A stretch of 64,000 bases of DNA from Perkinsela sp. CCAP 1560/9 (lineage: Eukaryota; Protista; Euglenozoa: Kinetoplastea). The stretch lies in NCBI GenBank assembly GCA_965644495.1, contig CBFFSA010000009.1:124001-188000 (forward strand), given 5' to 3'. Of this stretch, positions 12,489 through 24,479 are shown piece by piece. The notes beneath the pieces are model-generated. The model saw nothing but the letters and a program-made list of their open reading frames with translations, was not told the DNA's origin and ran no database searches. The translations under genes and the position numbers were made by a program. The first letter of the stretch is position 1. Each line of letters opens with the position of its first letter.

Positions 12489-14040
12489 CAGGATGCGAAT
12501 CTAAAGGTGGGGGGGTCTAAAATTCGTAAAAGTTGTCCAATTTTGGAAAATAATAGCGCATTAGATAGCTCTCACAGAGTTGTATGTTTTAGGATAGGTA
12601 GCTTCCGGGGTTTGGGGGGTACCCCCCTTTCATGTAAGGGTCAAAAACACATATTGCAATACTTTAGTGGTGTCAATAATTTCTGTATTTTGGATTGCAA
12701 AAGACAATTAGTAACCACAGTGCCCCCCGTTCCGACTAATAACAATTTCAAAACGCTTCCTGAAGCTCTTCAACGTTTTCTGAACCGTTGCAGAGTGGGT
12801 CTGTTTCAAATTAAGGAAAGACCCCTCAATAGCGGCTTCCATTTGCTGTCGATTTCGGGGTCGAAGAAGATTTTTGTCTGTGTCCATTACAGACCACAAA
12901 TTTTCGATCGGATTCAGGTCTGGAGATTTTGCAGGCCAGGGAAGAACGGAAATTCCTGTATCACGGAACGTGGCACGCGCCTTGTTGTGGGCCGGGCAGT
13001 TGTCCATGGCAATCGTGGCCGCTGGATGTCGCTTTAGATATTGAAGAAAGCCCCGTGGCTTTTTCATAGCCTGATCAAAAATTTCACCCGTAACGGTGAG
13101 TTTCTGGCCTTCTGAATTTCGAGGAGGGAAAATATGAAGATGGAAGCCGTGTTTGAGGCTAACACCCATCCAAACCATAATTTGGGATTATTAATCCCAT
13201 TTCCGCCGTACCATGATTCTAGCTCGCCTCGTTGCTCCTTATGGGGGTCCGTCCTTCGACAAAGGTAAGTTCGCCCGGAACGCCCACGACCGCAAGTAAA
13301 CTTCTTTTCGTCACAATAATCAAAATGTAGAAGTTAAATGTCGCTCTTCTCGAGCATCGCCTTACAAAATTGCAACCGTTTCTCCTTGTGTTCGAGTGTG
13401 AGTGATGGTCGTCGCCGAAGAGTGCGGAGCACAACGCCTTGCTTCTTCAATGTGTCGACTAGGGTCCGTCGACTGCAGGTGAATCCTTGGCTACGGATCT
13501 CTCGCAGAAGATCGCTCCAGCTCTCTACGCTGTAAACAAGGTCGCGATACCCCTCTTCGACAAGCTTAAGAGCCACATCCAGGAACGCAGGGGTAAACAC
13601 CGTCGAAACACGCTCTCGGGATGCCGTTAACACGTCACCCGTAAGGGTAAAACGTTCAACCCAACGTTTTACAGTGTTCTCATGAACACCAAAGTGCTGC
13701 GCCGTAGCGGAGTACGATCCTGTGCGCTCGTATTCCGCCACCAAAAGCATGCGGTGGCTCTCTTTGACGGGGGCGGGGGAAGAATACGATCTATCGCTCA
13801 GTACTCCACGGGAAGTCGTCGAGCGAGCGCGCTTTTGGGGCATTTTCTAGTAAAAAATGTATTTTCTGCAGAGGAAAAAAGCGAAATATGGTATTAAAAA
13901 ATATGTACGTTAAAATCGCAGGATTTTAATTCGCCTAAAACATACAACTCTGTGAGAGCTATCCAATGCCCTATTATTTTCCAAAATTGGACAACTTTTA
14001 CGAATTTTAGACCCCCCCCACCTTTAGACCCGCACCCCTG
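12489..14040 (-). mobile_element. Full-length Tc1-like element with frameshifted transposase (13843 to 12708), DD32E
   Basis: About 105-bp TIRs; HTH ORF 13334-13843 and catalytic ORF 12708-13178 (MDNCPAH...WPAKSPDLNPIENLW). Confidence 0.93.
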
Positions 14041-14054
14041 TATACTATAAATAC

Positions 14055-15016
14055 AAACCCCTCCGCATGTAAACCCCGTGTAAACCCCTCCGCATCAAAA
14101 AGGCACCCACCCTTATTTTTTGCACGAGGGGGGCTAGGGGGGTTATCCCACCACTTTATCGTGCAAAATTTTGAGATCTGTTCGTTCCCGTTGTCTTTAG
14201 GTCATTTCGAAAAATAAAAAAAAGTTGAATTTATATTTATAAAAAAAACACTTTTCATGCCAAGAAATACGTATCGACTCCCCAGGGGTGGTCTTACAGA
14301 AAGTGGAAAGGTGTTATTGCGCATGAGGCTTGGCCAAGGGGTTGCGATAAGGCAAGTAGCCCGCGAGTTTAATGTCAATGTGAAACATATTCGAAAATAT
14401 TTGAAAAACCATTCGCCTGAAAATGTTTATACTCTGAGCCCTGAAGTAAAAAACAGAATCAAAAGACACCTTGTTGTTCTCCCACCCATCTCAATTACAT
14501 GTGTTTCGTACATTAAAACATTAAAAAAAGTGCCATTCCCCTCAAACTGTATTTTTCAGCAAGATGGGGCAACACCTTAGACTGCCAAGGATACAAAAGC
14601 GTACCTTGAGGACGGCAACATGAAATTATTGAAAAATTGTCCGCTGAACTCCCACGATCTCTCACCAATAGAAAACGTGTGGAGCACAGCACAAAATCTT
14701 GTAGATGAATACAATCCTGCAACTAAAGAAGATCTCATAAAAAGCGTACGTAAAGCTTGGCGCAAATTTCCTCAAGAATATATTGATGATTCGGTTTAGA
14801 GCTTCGATGCTCGCCTCAAAGCTTGTGTGGCGAGTAACGGAGAAAAAGTGACAAAATGGTAATCTCTACCTAAAATATACGTATTCGTTTCTTTTTGTCT
14901 CATTTCTTCACGCGCAAAGTCTTTGTGTTGAGATCTGCAAATGCAACAAAAATCAGCCCAAACGGACAATTGGCTGAAAAGTTAAGGGTGGGTGCCTTAT
15001 TGGTGCGGAGGGGTTT
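14055..15016 (+). mobile_element. Deleted Tc1-like element of a second family (DD35E)
   Basis: TIR AAACCCCTCCGCA(T/C)CAA(A/T)AAGGCACCCACCCTTA; HTH ORF at 14257 joined to FQQDGATP*...PLNSHDLSPIENVW. Confidence 0.88.
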
Positions 15017-15656
15017 ATATACTATAAATATATAATATATTTTGAGACCCCTGCTTTCTATTGCGGACGTCCTGTTAGATAACTGGCGGGGGAACTGTCC
15101 CCGACCTAGGATAAAACACATGTCATCCAGGCTCACAAGTTCAACATTATTCAGAGGAAAGTTGTCGCAATATAGTGAGTACACTTTCTTGCATAAAAAG
15201 TCACGCTGGTGAGAAGGAATCATTATTCCCCTCCATCGGACACTCTTCCACTCATCCTACGGATGATTTTTCGTGGAATTAATTCCGGAGAAAGTTTTTT
15301 TCCCGGAGGTTTTACTTCTACACATCGGAATGAAGTTCTTATTTAAATTAAGGGAATAAAACAAATCTTTTCTAGTAGGAGTAACTGATCGTGGACATTT
15401 GATGTGTTCTCGACATCGTCTCAGAGTGCCATTCATAAAGAGGTGTAATGAATCAGTAAGATCAAATTATAATTTCAAAAGGAATTCACAATGATATCAC
15501 ACGAGAGTATATGCGTATGAAAATTAGTGAGGTCACGTGACATCAGACTTTCTTTGAGTTTTACAAACAGGTACTTTTTCACCCGCTTAGCACATTCACT
15601 GTTTTTCTCATAGTTTCTCATAGTTTCTTTAGCATTGTTTCAAACTTTAGAGAATC

Positions 15657-16262
15657 ATGTTATTTGCTATTATTTCTCAAGACTCACCGATTTTGCCGAA
15701 ATTACGCCCGGCTAAAGTGAGCCGAGTTTCACTCCCGCAGGAATATCATTTGGCGCGCCTCTTAGAAAGGGTAGAAAATCTACACAGTTCAATGGGGACA
15801 GATATTCCGGCCTGTAAGTGGGTCGGCGTTTCGTGTGACGAGATGGAAACCATAGTCGCTGTGAAATGGAGCGCTCGGAATCTTAATGGGCCCTTGAACT
15901 GGGCATATTTTCCCAATCAACTAACTGAGTTCGATGTAGGATTGAACCAGCTTTGCGGGGAAGTCCCTTTTGAATACTTTCCAGCCACCTTGCAATATCT
16001 TTCGCTCCCCCACAATAAATTTAGTGGAACACCAAATTTTTCGAAATTGCCTTTGCTGCATACGATTCGTTTACAGAGTAACGAATTTCATGGATGGATC
16101 AACTTTGAGACGCTCCCTAAATTTCTACGTTGTTTGTTCTTAAATATGAATCCAAATGTCGAAGGTGCACTAATTGTCACAGGCGATCGACAAGCCTTGT
16201 TCTATGACATTCGAGACACAATGATTACGTCAAATAACGGTATAAAATGCCGTATGTATTAA
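15657..16262 (+). CDS. Leucine-rich repeat protein (201 aa)
   Basis: AKVSRVSLPQEYHL N-terminal motif, CKWVGVSC cap, 24-aa LRRs; pyrimidine-rich AG sites upstream. Confidence 0.88.
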   Translation: MLFAIISQDSPILPKLRPAKVSRVSLPQEYHLARLLERVENLHSSMGTDIPACKWVGVSCDEMETIVAVKWSARNLNGPLNWAYFPNQLTEFDVGLNQLCGEVPFEYFPATLQYLSLPHNKFSGTPNFSKLPLLHTIRLQSNEFHGWINFETLPKFLRCLFLNMNPNVEGALIVTGDRQALFYDIRDTMITSNNGIKCRMY

Positions 16263-16278
16263 TCGTGATGGTATCGTA

Positions 16279-17124
16279 CAGTGGTTTAATTGAACTTTCC
16301 CCCGCGGAAACTTTTTTTATCTGTTTTTTGCTCATTTTTGTTGCAAACGAGGGATCTCCTTCCACTCGTGAAGAGTTTTGCCGCCTTTTTTTCGCAGGGA
16401 CCCCCTGATGCTCATGTGGTGACCCGAAAAATAGCCTAAACAAGATTTTTAGTAAATTATTTACCAAAAATACATACCTCTTGCGGATCTATGGTTCCGA
16501 ACCCGGGTCCATGGACCTGCACGGACCCACATGGACCCGCTTTGTGAAAAACGCTTTGTAATGTACCATGAAATGTTTAGAGGGGGGGCACCGCCAATGC
16601 GACATTATTTTGAGAATTTCATGGATGGATCAACTTTGAGACGCTCCCTAAATTTTTAAGTTGTTTGTTCTTAAATATGAATCCAAATCTCACAGGCACA
16701 CTAAACGTCACAGACGATCGACAATCCTTGTTCTATGACATTCAGGACACACTGATTAAGACAAACGACGGTATAAAATACCGTACATGAAAATTTTGGT
16801 GGTATCATTTCTTTAAAGATAGAGAAAATTCCATCCGTTTATAATTGCCTCCACACCTACCCCCTTTATAGGGGCTTTGTTTGGCAAACCGAGGAAGAAA
16901 AAAAGGTTTACTTTTCTTGAACCGTCTTACATGTTTTGATATCTATTTTCAAACGGTTCATCGAGGGATAGCGCGGGGTCGGGCTGGACATTTTACTTTG
17001 GGAGAGCGCCGGGGCCCACTTAGCGATTGGAAAATCCCTGGTTCCTCGCTCCCAAATGTAGGGCAATTTCTGTGCCAACTTTTAATCCTCCCCCGCGGGG
17101 GGGGAAGTTTAATTGAAACCAGTG
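16279..17124. mobile_element. TA-flanked TIR element enclosing an LRR gene 3' fragment
   Basis: TA|CAGTGGTTTAATTGAACTTTCCCCCGCGG ... CCGCGGGGGGGGAAGTTTAATTGAAACCAGTG|TA. Confidence 0.7.
16613..16790 (+). pseudogene. Diverged copy of the 3' end of the 15657-16262 LRR gene
   Basis: EFHGWINFETLPKFLSCLFLNMNPNLTGTL... colinear with 16083-16262, with its own stop. Confidence 0.9.
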
Positions 17125-17536
17125 TAGGTTCATTAGTGCAAAAGCGAGGCTATTATAAAAGTGTGCGAGTACAGTACTTTAGATATAGAGATTTTTAAAT
17201 GTAACGAACCTGCGCATATGATGCTGTTAGGTACCGTATGCACACTGTGACTTTACATCCCCCCTGTCTTTGCACATTATTCTATTGAAAATTTACTGAT
17301 CTGCGAAGTCATGGGGTTATCAAAACTGGCCAAAATGCTGAAAACTTAGACTTTCTTTTTTTTGGTAAAAGACATGGAAAATAGTTACCAGTCCTACAAA
17401 TGTAAATTGCGTTGCTTACGTTCTGTCATTTTCAACATTTTGATTACTATTTAGATTGTTGATGACACGTAGGGGATAATCATTGTTCCCGAGTGTCTGT
17501 TGGAGACAATCAACATGCACACATACAGGGTGTATA

Positions 17537-18120
17537 CAGGGGAGAACAGAAATATTCCCCCCCCCCCCACGGAAAATTAATTTTTTTATCCGTTTTTGCT
17601 CATCTTTGCAGCATTCGAGATATCTCGTCGTCCTAGCGAAGAGCTTTGCCGACTTTTTTATACTTATATTTTGTAGAGACCCCCCGGTGCTCAAACGGCG
17701 ACCCGGAAATCGACCAAAAACAAGATTTTAGAAAACCCAAATTACGTGGTAAAATGCAGCAAATGCCGATCAGTGCATACCAATGTGTACGTACCAGTAC
17801 AAGTACGGTTCCAAAACCCTTGTACAGAAGATGTCTAAAACGAGTGAAGAAATCACGCCGCTACCACGGCGAAAGCGATTTCGATCTTTTCCGAATCTTC
17901 ATTAACAAGTGGGAACAAAGGTATGGGAGAGCTACTGACAACCATAGCTTCACTGGGGCTCAATAGAATTCCCAAAAAACTGGGTGTTCGTCCACTTTTA
18001 ACGCAAACAACAAAGTACACCACTGGCAAACTACGGCTTTCCAGCTCTTGCGCTCTGGAACGTTTATCCGTACGCAGCATTATGAGCTTTGCCAGGGATG
18101 CAAGAAACATTGGTCAAAGT
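17537..18120 (+). mobile_element. Decayed Tc1/IS630-like element fragment
   Basis: TA|CAGGGGAG end, subterminal similarity to 16295-16450, and a weak transposase-like C-terminus (KYTTGKLR...ALERLSVRSIMSFAR). Confidence 0.4.
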
Positions 18121-19306
18121 GAAGCGTTGTTTCATACTTTTTGGAAATTATTTCATACCGCCCATTTTTTAAGAAAAAACACTTTTGAACTATCTTGGAC
18201 TTCGGTGGGAATGAACGAATAATGTACACTTTCTTAAAATAATTTCAATTTTTTATGAAATCCTTTGTTGTGTTCCCTAGGGTGATATGTATGAATTTTT
18301 TGGATTATTAGTCAATTTGTTTCTTAAGATTACGGCTAGCATTGCCTCTCCATGGTTTCAATGAACTGCACAGGTTGCCCTCGTTTTGAGTGCGCTGCTC
18401 AAATTCGCCTGACTTCAGTCGGCTCTGCCACAGAGGAAACGTGTATGCTGTGGATGCGAAACCACAAACTCACTGTTAACCAAGTGTATTATGCGCACTA
18501 TGTTCTGCCGTAAGAAGCATTTTTCTTGTCAGATAATGATCGGAAGGAAAATATCGTCGGAGGGAAAATATCGTTCTCAAAACTCGATTCAAAATTTTGT
18601 ACATTATTCGTTCAATACGACCGTAGATTCATTGCGTTTTTCATCCTGTTGGAAAAGTTCGTAAACCACTAGACTTTTTTCGATCCATTTTAATGAGGGA
18701 CGACCGCCTATGCTTGTGTACTTCACTATTTCGCCGGATGTAAGCAGTATATAACCACCAATTACCCGTCCTGTACGCGCCGTTCGACGTTAACTCTTAA
18801 TGTACTAAATAATTTGAATGTTTACGTTAAACTTTCAGTAAGGTTAAGTAAGGTTAAATTAACCTTAATTTCTTCGTCCTCAAAAGAAATCTTTTTGTAA
18901 GCTTTGCAATAGTAATTCTTTGTTCTATTGCATATTAAGAAAAACGCTGTAATAATGAGATACTGTATTCAGTACACCCCTCGGAATGGTCTCCCAGCTC
19001 CCTCCTGGAGCGAGGGGCCATGAGTTGTGTTGAGGTCACACGGAATGAAGACTGTGTATTTACGTTGAATAGGCGTTTTTGAATAAGGCGTTTTTTACCG
19101 GTGACACGGAAATTAAGGAAGATTTTTTTGTGACAAGAAAATATTTCCTTAATTAAAATTTTCTTAGTTTTCGTCTTCCTTAATTTTAATACAGTACAGC
19201 AAGTGTTTTTTTTACAGTAAACGGGGGTACGACTTAATGTACCGGGTACCCTTTTATATCTCGGGGGGGGGGTATAATCGCTCCCCAATATACCCCCCCC
19301 TGGGTA

Positions 19307-19386
19307 CCGTGGAAAACAAGGGGGTGGGGGGTTTAAACGCTCAAAAAAAAGAGCATTTATACCCACCACCCCCTTGTTTTCCACGG
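19307..19386. mobile_element. 80-bp MITE within a GC-run-rich repeat region
   Basis: Inverted pair CCGTGGAAAACAAGGGGGTGG / CCACCCCCTTGTTTTCCACGG. Confidence 0.7.
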
Positions 19387-19640
19387 TGCCATCATGTATT
19401 GCCCCTTTTAACCTCTTTGGTTACCGCAAAAAAAACATTGGAGCTAATATACCCCCCACCCCCCGCATTATACCCCCCACCCGGTATAAACGGTGAGCGA
19501 ATATTGCGGGGGTTTTTACAACCTCTGCCTCTTCGTCTTTGTGGTGGCCGCATGGGGGTGAATCGAGGCGGGTGATAAAATCCCGAAAAAGGGGGGGTAT
19601 GGTCGATGAAAGGGATACTGTTGATTTTCATTTCCCCAGA

Positions 19641-19706
19641 GGGTCTGATTAGCCAAGTCGTCAGGTCCAGCGACTCTACATCTGAGAGGGTTGGGCTCGA
19701 TTCCCA
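19641..19706 (+). other. Degenerate tRNA-like head (possible second SINE family)
   Basis: A-box-like TAGCCAAGTCG and B-box-like GGGCTCGATTCCC at tRNA spacing; no acceptor stem. Confidence 0.4.
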
Positions 19707-20309
19707 TTAACGTACTTTTCGTCCGACTACACAGGGATTAGCTAAGAAGCTTGGGTCCACGATATCCGAACGGACTGGCCCTTTTGCCTATCCCACCCAT
19801 TAGCATGCGCGTTGGAATGGGGTTCGAACCCGCTACTCGTAGTTTTTGCACAAACTACATGAAGCACGAACGTCGTTAGTGGGAAGCAATTTGCGAAGCC
19901 CCGTTTAACAACAACTTTCTTTTCCACTTTTTTAACGAAGCAATATACCTCCCCTTAATACATAGGGTACACTTTATTATACCCCCCCTGTACATTAAGT
20001 CATACCCCCGTTTAAGTATCTTTCGCAGTAAGAAATGATAAACTCATGTTCATACAGCAGAGATCATTTCTACGTTGAAAACAACCACCGCATTTAAAGA
20101 AGCGACAAAAATCAATTCAAGAAAATTCCAAAGATTTTAGAAAGAAAAAGTCAGTGACACGAAATGATTTCCTTCATTTAAGTTTCCTTCATGAAAGCTT
20201 TCTTACTTTTAAATTTCCTTCATTTCCGTTTCTACAGTATTCACACCAAAAAGAAAACAGTTGTAAAAGTTTTGAAACTTTTTTAATTAAAAATCTCTAC
20301 CCTAAACCC

Positions 20310-21639
20310 ATGAAATCCGCCTCCACGCTCGACCCCCTTCAGCCCATACCCCACCGTAAACGATACGGTCACAAGGTCTCCCCCCTCACCCTCCCCCACG
20401 ACGAGTCCCTTCGTCGCTTCCTCCATCTCATTCAACCCCGCCCTGGGAGTTGGGAGCGGGAGAGTGGGGACGTGTGCCGGTGGGAGGGGGTGCGGTGGTG
20501 GTGGGAATTAAGCCAATATTGCACAAAAAAATCCTATGTTTTCTTTTCCTTATTATTGCTTTGTAAAACTATTAGGCATCCTTTGTTTAGCATTTTTTGG
20601 ACCATTTTTGCTTTATACGAGTGTTATTTCTGTATGTCTAGCGACGAGGTTACTATGATTTGTGCATGGTGTTCAGATATTTCGTGTGCTAGAACAATGG
20701 TCATGAGCCAGTTTGGAAAGTGCAACGGGTCAACAAAAAAAGTATTATAAATACCCGCGAATAAGATTATTTGAAGGCATGCAGCACTTCTATTTCGAGA
20801 TAAATTCATGCTAGTTGATTTTATGCGCTTCTGAGAAAGAAATGATTGATTTTCAATTGTGCTTTTGGAAAGTGTGCAATATTGGCTGAATCTGACCCGG
20901 TGCGGGGGGGAGCGTACCCCCCTCCACCTCGTGACCTCCGGGCTCGCGCTCACGGGTAACTTCACCTGGGGTTTCATGCCCTCCTCCCTGCGTAGGCTGA
21001 ATAGCCTACGGTTGGACCCCTTGATCGGGGAGGGGATATGGGGGGGGGCTGGAGTTCCAGGAACTTTCCCTGGGGCTTGAAATGATGGATGTGAAACATA
21101 ATGGTTTCACCTCGAGTCGTGAGGAGGGTTTGGATTTCACGACCCTTCCTAGGAATGTGACGCATTTGGATTTAAGTTACAATGGGTTTTGGGGGAAATG
21201 TGACTTGACCGCTTTGCCCCAAAATATGGTGTGGTTGGATATTGGAGGGAATAGATTTTATGGGGGTGTAGATTTATCGTCTCTTCCGATGTCTCTAGAA
21301 TACTTGTTTGCTTCGGACAATGAGTTATCCGGAACGCTTGACCTTTCAAGACTTCCTTCCGTGTTGGAAGCTGTGAATTTCAAACGTAATCACCTCGAGG
21401 GCAGCGTCGAACTTGCGCGATTGCCTCCAAGTGTGGTACATCTTCAGCTTTCTTTCAACCGCTTCTCTGGAGTGGTGGATCTTCGTGAGATGGCAAACCG
21501 TTCGGACGAAGAATTTACGCTGGATCTTCGCAGGAATAGATTTTCGGGGTATATTTACAAAAATGACACGCTTCCGCCACAAAATTGGATCGAACACACT
21601 GTGCCGTGCTTAACTTTCAAAGAAATATTCAAACTCTGA
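20310..21639 (+). pseudogene. LRR gene disrupted by a 400-bp insertion and a frameshift near 21000-21080
   Basis: HKVSPLTLPHDESL...CRWEGVR[insert]CGGER; LRRs continue in ORF 21082-21639. Confidence 0.88.
20498..20897. mobile_element. 400-bp TIR insertion in the LRR gene
   Basis: Subterminal IR AGCCAATATTGCACA / TGTGCAATATTGGCT; removal with a CGGTG duplication (20493-97, 20898-902) restores WEGVRC. Confidence 0.8.
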
Positions 21640-21749
21640 AAAGACGATTGTACAATTGCGGATTGATTACAGATGGTCTACGAACTTTAGACTGGGATTA
21701 TTGAGGGAGATACTACTCCCTCGCTATCCTATATTAATAAATTTGGCCT

Positions 21750-22191
21750 GAAAGGGAGATACCAATAGTGTAGGTGAGGCCGTTTCCCACAGGAAAAGCG
21801 ATATCTCCCATACATCCTCCCAACGATTATACAGTGTAAACCCTCCCCAACGAATAAGTGAGAAATTTGAATTTCTCAGGCGATAAGAAGATTTTACTAC
21901 GTGAAAGGGTGAGAAATTGGTCTCTTGAAAAGTGTGAAGAAAGTGATAATCCGTCTATCGGATGCACACATTTGAGATTTTTGGTTCCGTGTTTTGATGT
22001 GCAAAGTCTTTGCGTTGAGATCTGCAAAATGCAACAAAAATCAGATCATACGGATAGTTGTACAAAAAAAGTGGTGGGTCACTAAAAAAAGTGGTGGGTT
22101 GGGGTTTAGTATGAAGACGGGCGCCTAAAAAGGTGGAGATGCCGTTTGTCCTTTGGAAAACTGCCGCACCTACACTACTGGTATCTCCTTC
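21750..22191. mobile_element. MITE with about 60-bp imperfect TIRs, containing a piece related to the DD35E element end
   Basis: GGAGATACCAATAGTGTAGGTG / CACCTACACTACTGGTATCTCC; internal 21995-22045 resembles 14910-14960. Confidence 0.7.
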
Positions 22192-22476
22192 GTCCACTTT
22201 ACCCTGGTTTACCCGATTAACTCACTACGACTGATGCTGGATTGGATTTGCTTTTCCGAGGGTCTCTTCCGAATGCTTTCTACTGCAAAGCCTTGACTGA
22301 AGACTCTTGACCACTTTTTTCAGTGAAAAAAGGTTGAAGGTTAAATTTACTCGGGAATGTTTTAAACGTCTTGAACAAAGTATTTAGAATCTTTCACATC
22401 CTATACGACACATAGCTTAGTACGAATCGTTTATTTTTGTAGCATTTGTCAGAGTTACGTTCTAGGCATTATTCGC

Positions 22477-23157
22477 ATGTCAGACTACACCGCTTCACGT
22501 TCTGGCCATAAAGTACGAAGCGTGACACTCCCGTTAGAAATTCAGCTTTCCCTCTTCTTCCGGAATGTAACCCAATTGGACCCATCATGGAAAGAAACGA
22601 ATCTGCTGCATCAGTGGCGTGGCATGACTATGGAGGAGTCTGAGAATGATTCTAAAGGTGAATCGCTTCACGAGTGCGACGCAAGTTATCTGGGCCTGAA
22701 GGGTACATTGACCTGGGAACATCTCCCACGCGAAATTTATCAGATTCAACTACAAGGCAATCGTCTCGAGGGACGTGTCGACTGTTCGTGTTTGCCTCGG
22801 AACTTATCCCTAATATATTTGAACAATAATCAATTTACCGGCTCCATAGATTTGACTGACCTCCCTGCTTTATTGCTATATTTTTGTGTAAATGCGAATT
22901 CTTTCAGTGGGGAACTGCAGTTGAAACAGCTTCCTTCAAAGTTACAGTGGCTGTGGCTCCAGGAAAATCAATTCACAGGCGTGTTAGAACTTGATAAAAT
23001 GCCTAAAACATTGAAAGAGCTACTGCTTGAAGGGAACAGGTTCAACGGTATATTAGATCTGCGTTTTCTTCCGGATAGCATTACATCGATAACCTTTGAG
23101 CGCAACTCATTTAGTGAAATCGTTGGTGAACACCGTTTGAAAAATGTAGAGCATTGA
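22477..23157 (+). CDS. Leucine-rich repeat protein (226 aa)
   Basis: HKVRSVTLPLEIQL motif; about 6 LRRs of type LPxxLxxLxLxxNxFxGxxDLxx. Confidence 0.9.
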   Translation: MSDYTASRSGHKVRSVTLPLEIQLSLFFRNVTQLDPSWKETNLLHQWRGMTMEESENDSKGESLHECDASYLGLKGTLTWEHLPREIYQIQLQGNRLEGRVDCSCLPRNLSLIYLNNNQFTGSIDLTDLPALLLYFCVNANSFSGELQLKQLPSKLQWLWLQENQFTGVLELDKMPKTLKELLLEGNRFNGILDLRFLPDSITSITFERNSFSEIVGEHRLKNVEH

Positions 23158-23285
23158 GAAACATGCATGCAAATACTGTATAAATATATAATGTAAATAT
23201 AAATAATGTTTATTTACACTCCTAGGTGTTCTAATAGGAGCATCTACATGTATGCATGTACAGTGTACAATATACAGTGTACATA

Positions 23286-24013
23286 GAGGGGTGAAAACTT
23301 CCATGTGGGAGGGGGTCTAAAATATGCGAAAACTTTTCAATTTCGGAGAATAATACCGCATTCGAGACCTCTCGCCGAGTTGTATGTCTTTGCACTGATA
23401 GCTTTTAACATATCGAATTAGAATTACACATGCCGAACAGACCAAAAAAGCGAATTGTCACTTAAAGAAATGATAAAAGATCTCAAATATTTTCAGGAAA
23501 CATTATTTTAAAGCCGTGTAGCATCCAAAATATACATCCTTCTTTTCTACAATGATTCTACAACGTTTATTAAAGTTTTTTTACGTATTCTCAAATTTAT
23601 CTTTGTGTTTCGCCTGATGTTTATCGTAAAAAACATGAATCGTTCCACCCAAACACTTTGGTAAGTCCGGGAATAAGACTATGTTTTCTCGAAGTCTGTC
23701 ACAAGAAGCATCCGTTGGTGTTCTTTAATCTTCTCTGGCAAAGAACAGGAACGGGCATTTAAAACACCACTAGAAGTTCTTGAACAAACTTGCTTTTGGG
23801 GCATAAAATGGGGGAACAATGAAGAATTTACGTATTTTCACACGAAAAAAAACTATTTCTTTTCCTCATCGGACTAAATCTTTCAAGTCGAACGTTCCGA
23901 TTACGCCGAAGACAAACAACTCTGCGAGAGCTCTCCAATGCGCAATTATTTTACAAAATTGAGCCAATTTTACAAATTTTAGACACCCGCCCAGATGGAA
24001 GTTTTCACCCCTG
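23286..24013. mobile_element. Non-autonomous Tc1-like element
   Basis: Imperfect about 100-bp TIRs (C/G)AGGGGTGAAAACTTCCAT at both ends. Confidence 0.8.
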
Positions 24014-24024
24014 TGTGGTGTATA

Positions 24025-24445
24025 CAGGAGTGCCAATTGGATATAAAATTTGCAAACAAATATCAAAAAGGGGATCTCAAATTTGTAATTTTTGCTCAAT
24101 TTTGGAAAATAATAGCGCATTCAAGAACTCTCGCAGAGATCCATGTTTTTGAATACGCAGTTCCCCGGGTTGTAAGGGGGTGTTCAACTGAACAGTAGTC
24201 CAAAAACTTCAAAATTCAAAAAATGAAGGAAACGTTTCGTACCTTAAATATATAAAATTGTCCCCCTTTTTCTACTACTATGTGAAAACGCCGGGCATAC
24301 TGTTTAAAATGTTGATTAGAATGCCATGACCATCGGTTTTGATGTAATCAACCGCCTTTTCAATAAAATACGAACGTTCAGTCCTATTGTCCGGGTTTGT
24401 ACCATCTTTCTTAAAGTTATTCAAGATGTCGCAACTGTTCTCGTA
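24025..24445 (-). mobile_element. One-ended Tc1-like fragment related to 7727-8437
   Basis: TA|CAGGAG TIR plus C-terminal peptide GTNPDNRTE...AVDYIKTDGH. Confidence 0.8.
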
Positions 24446-24479
24446 ATCTTTAACGAGAAGCATCCTGTGTGAATATCGT

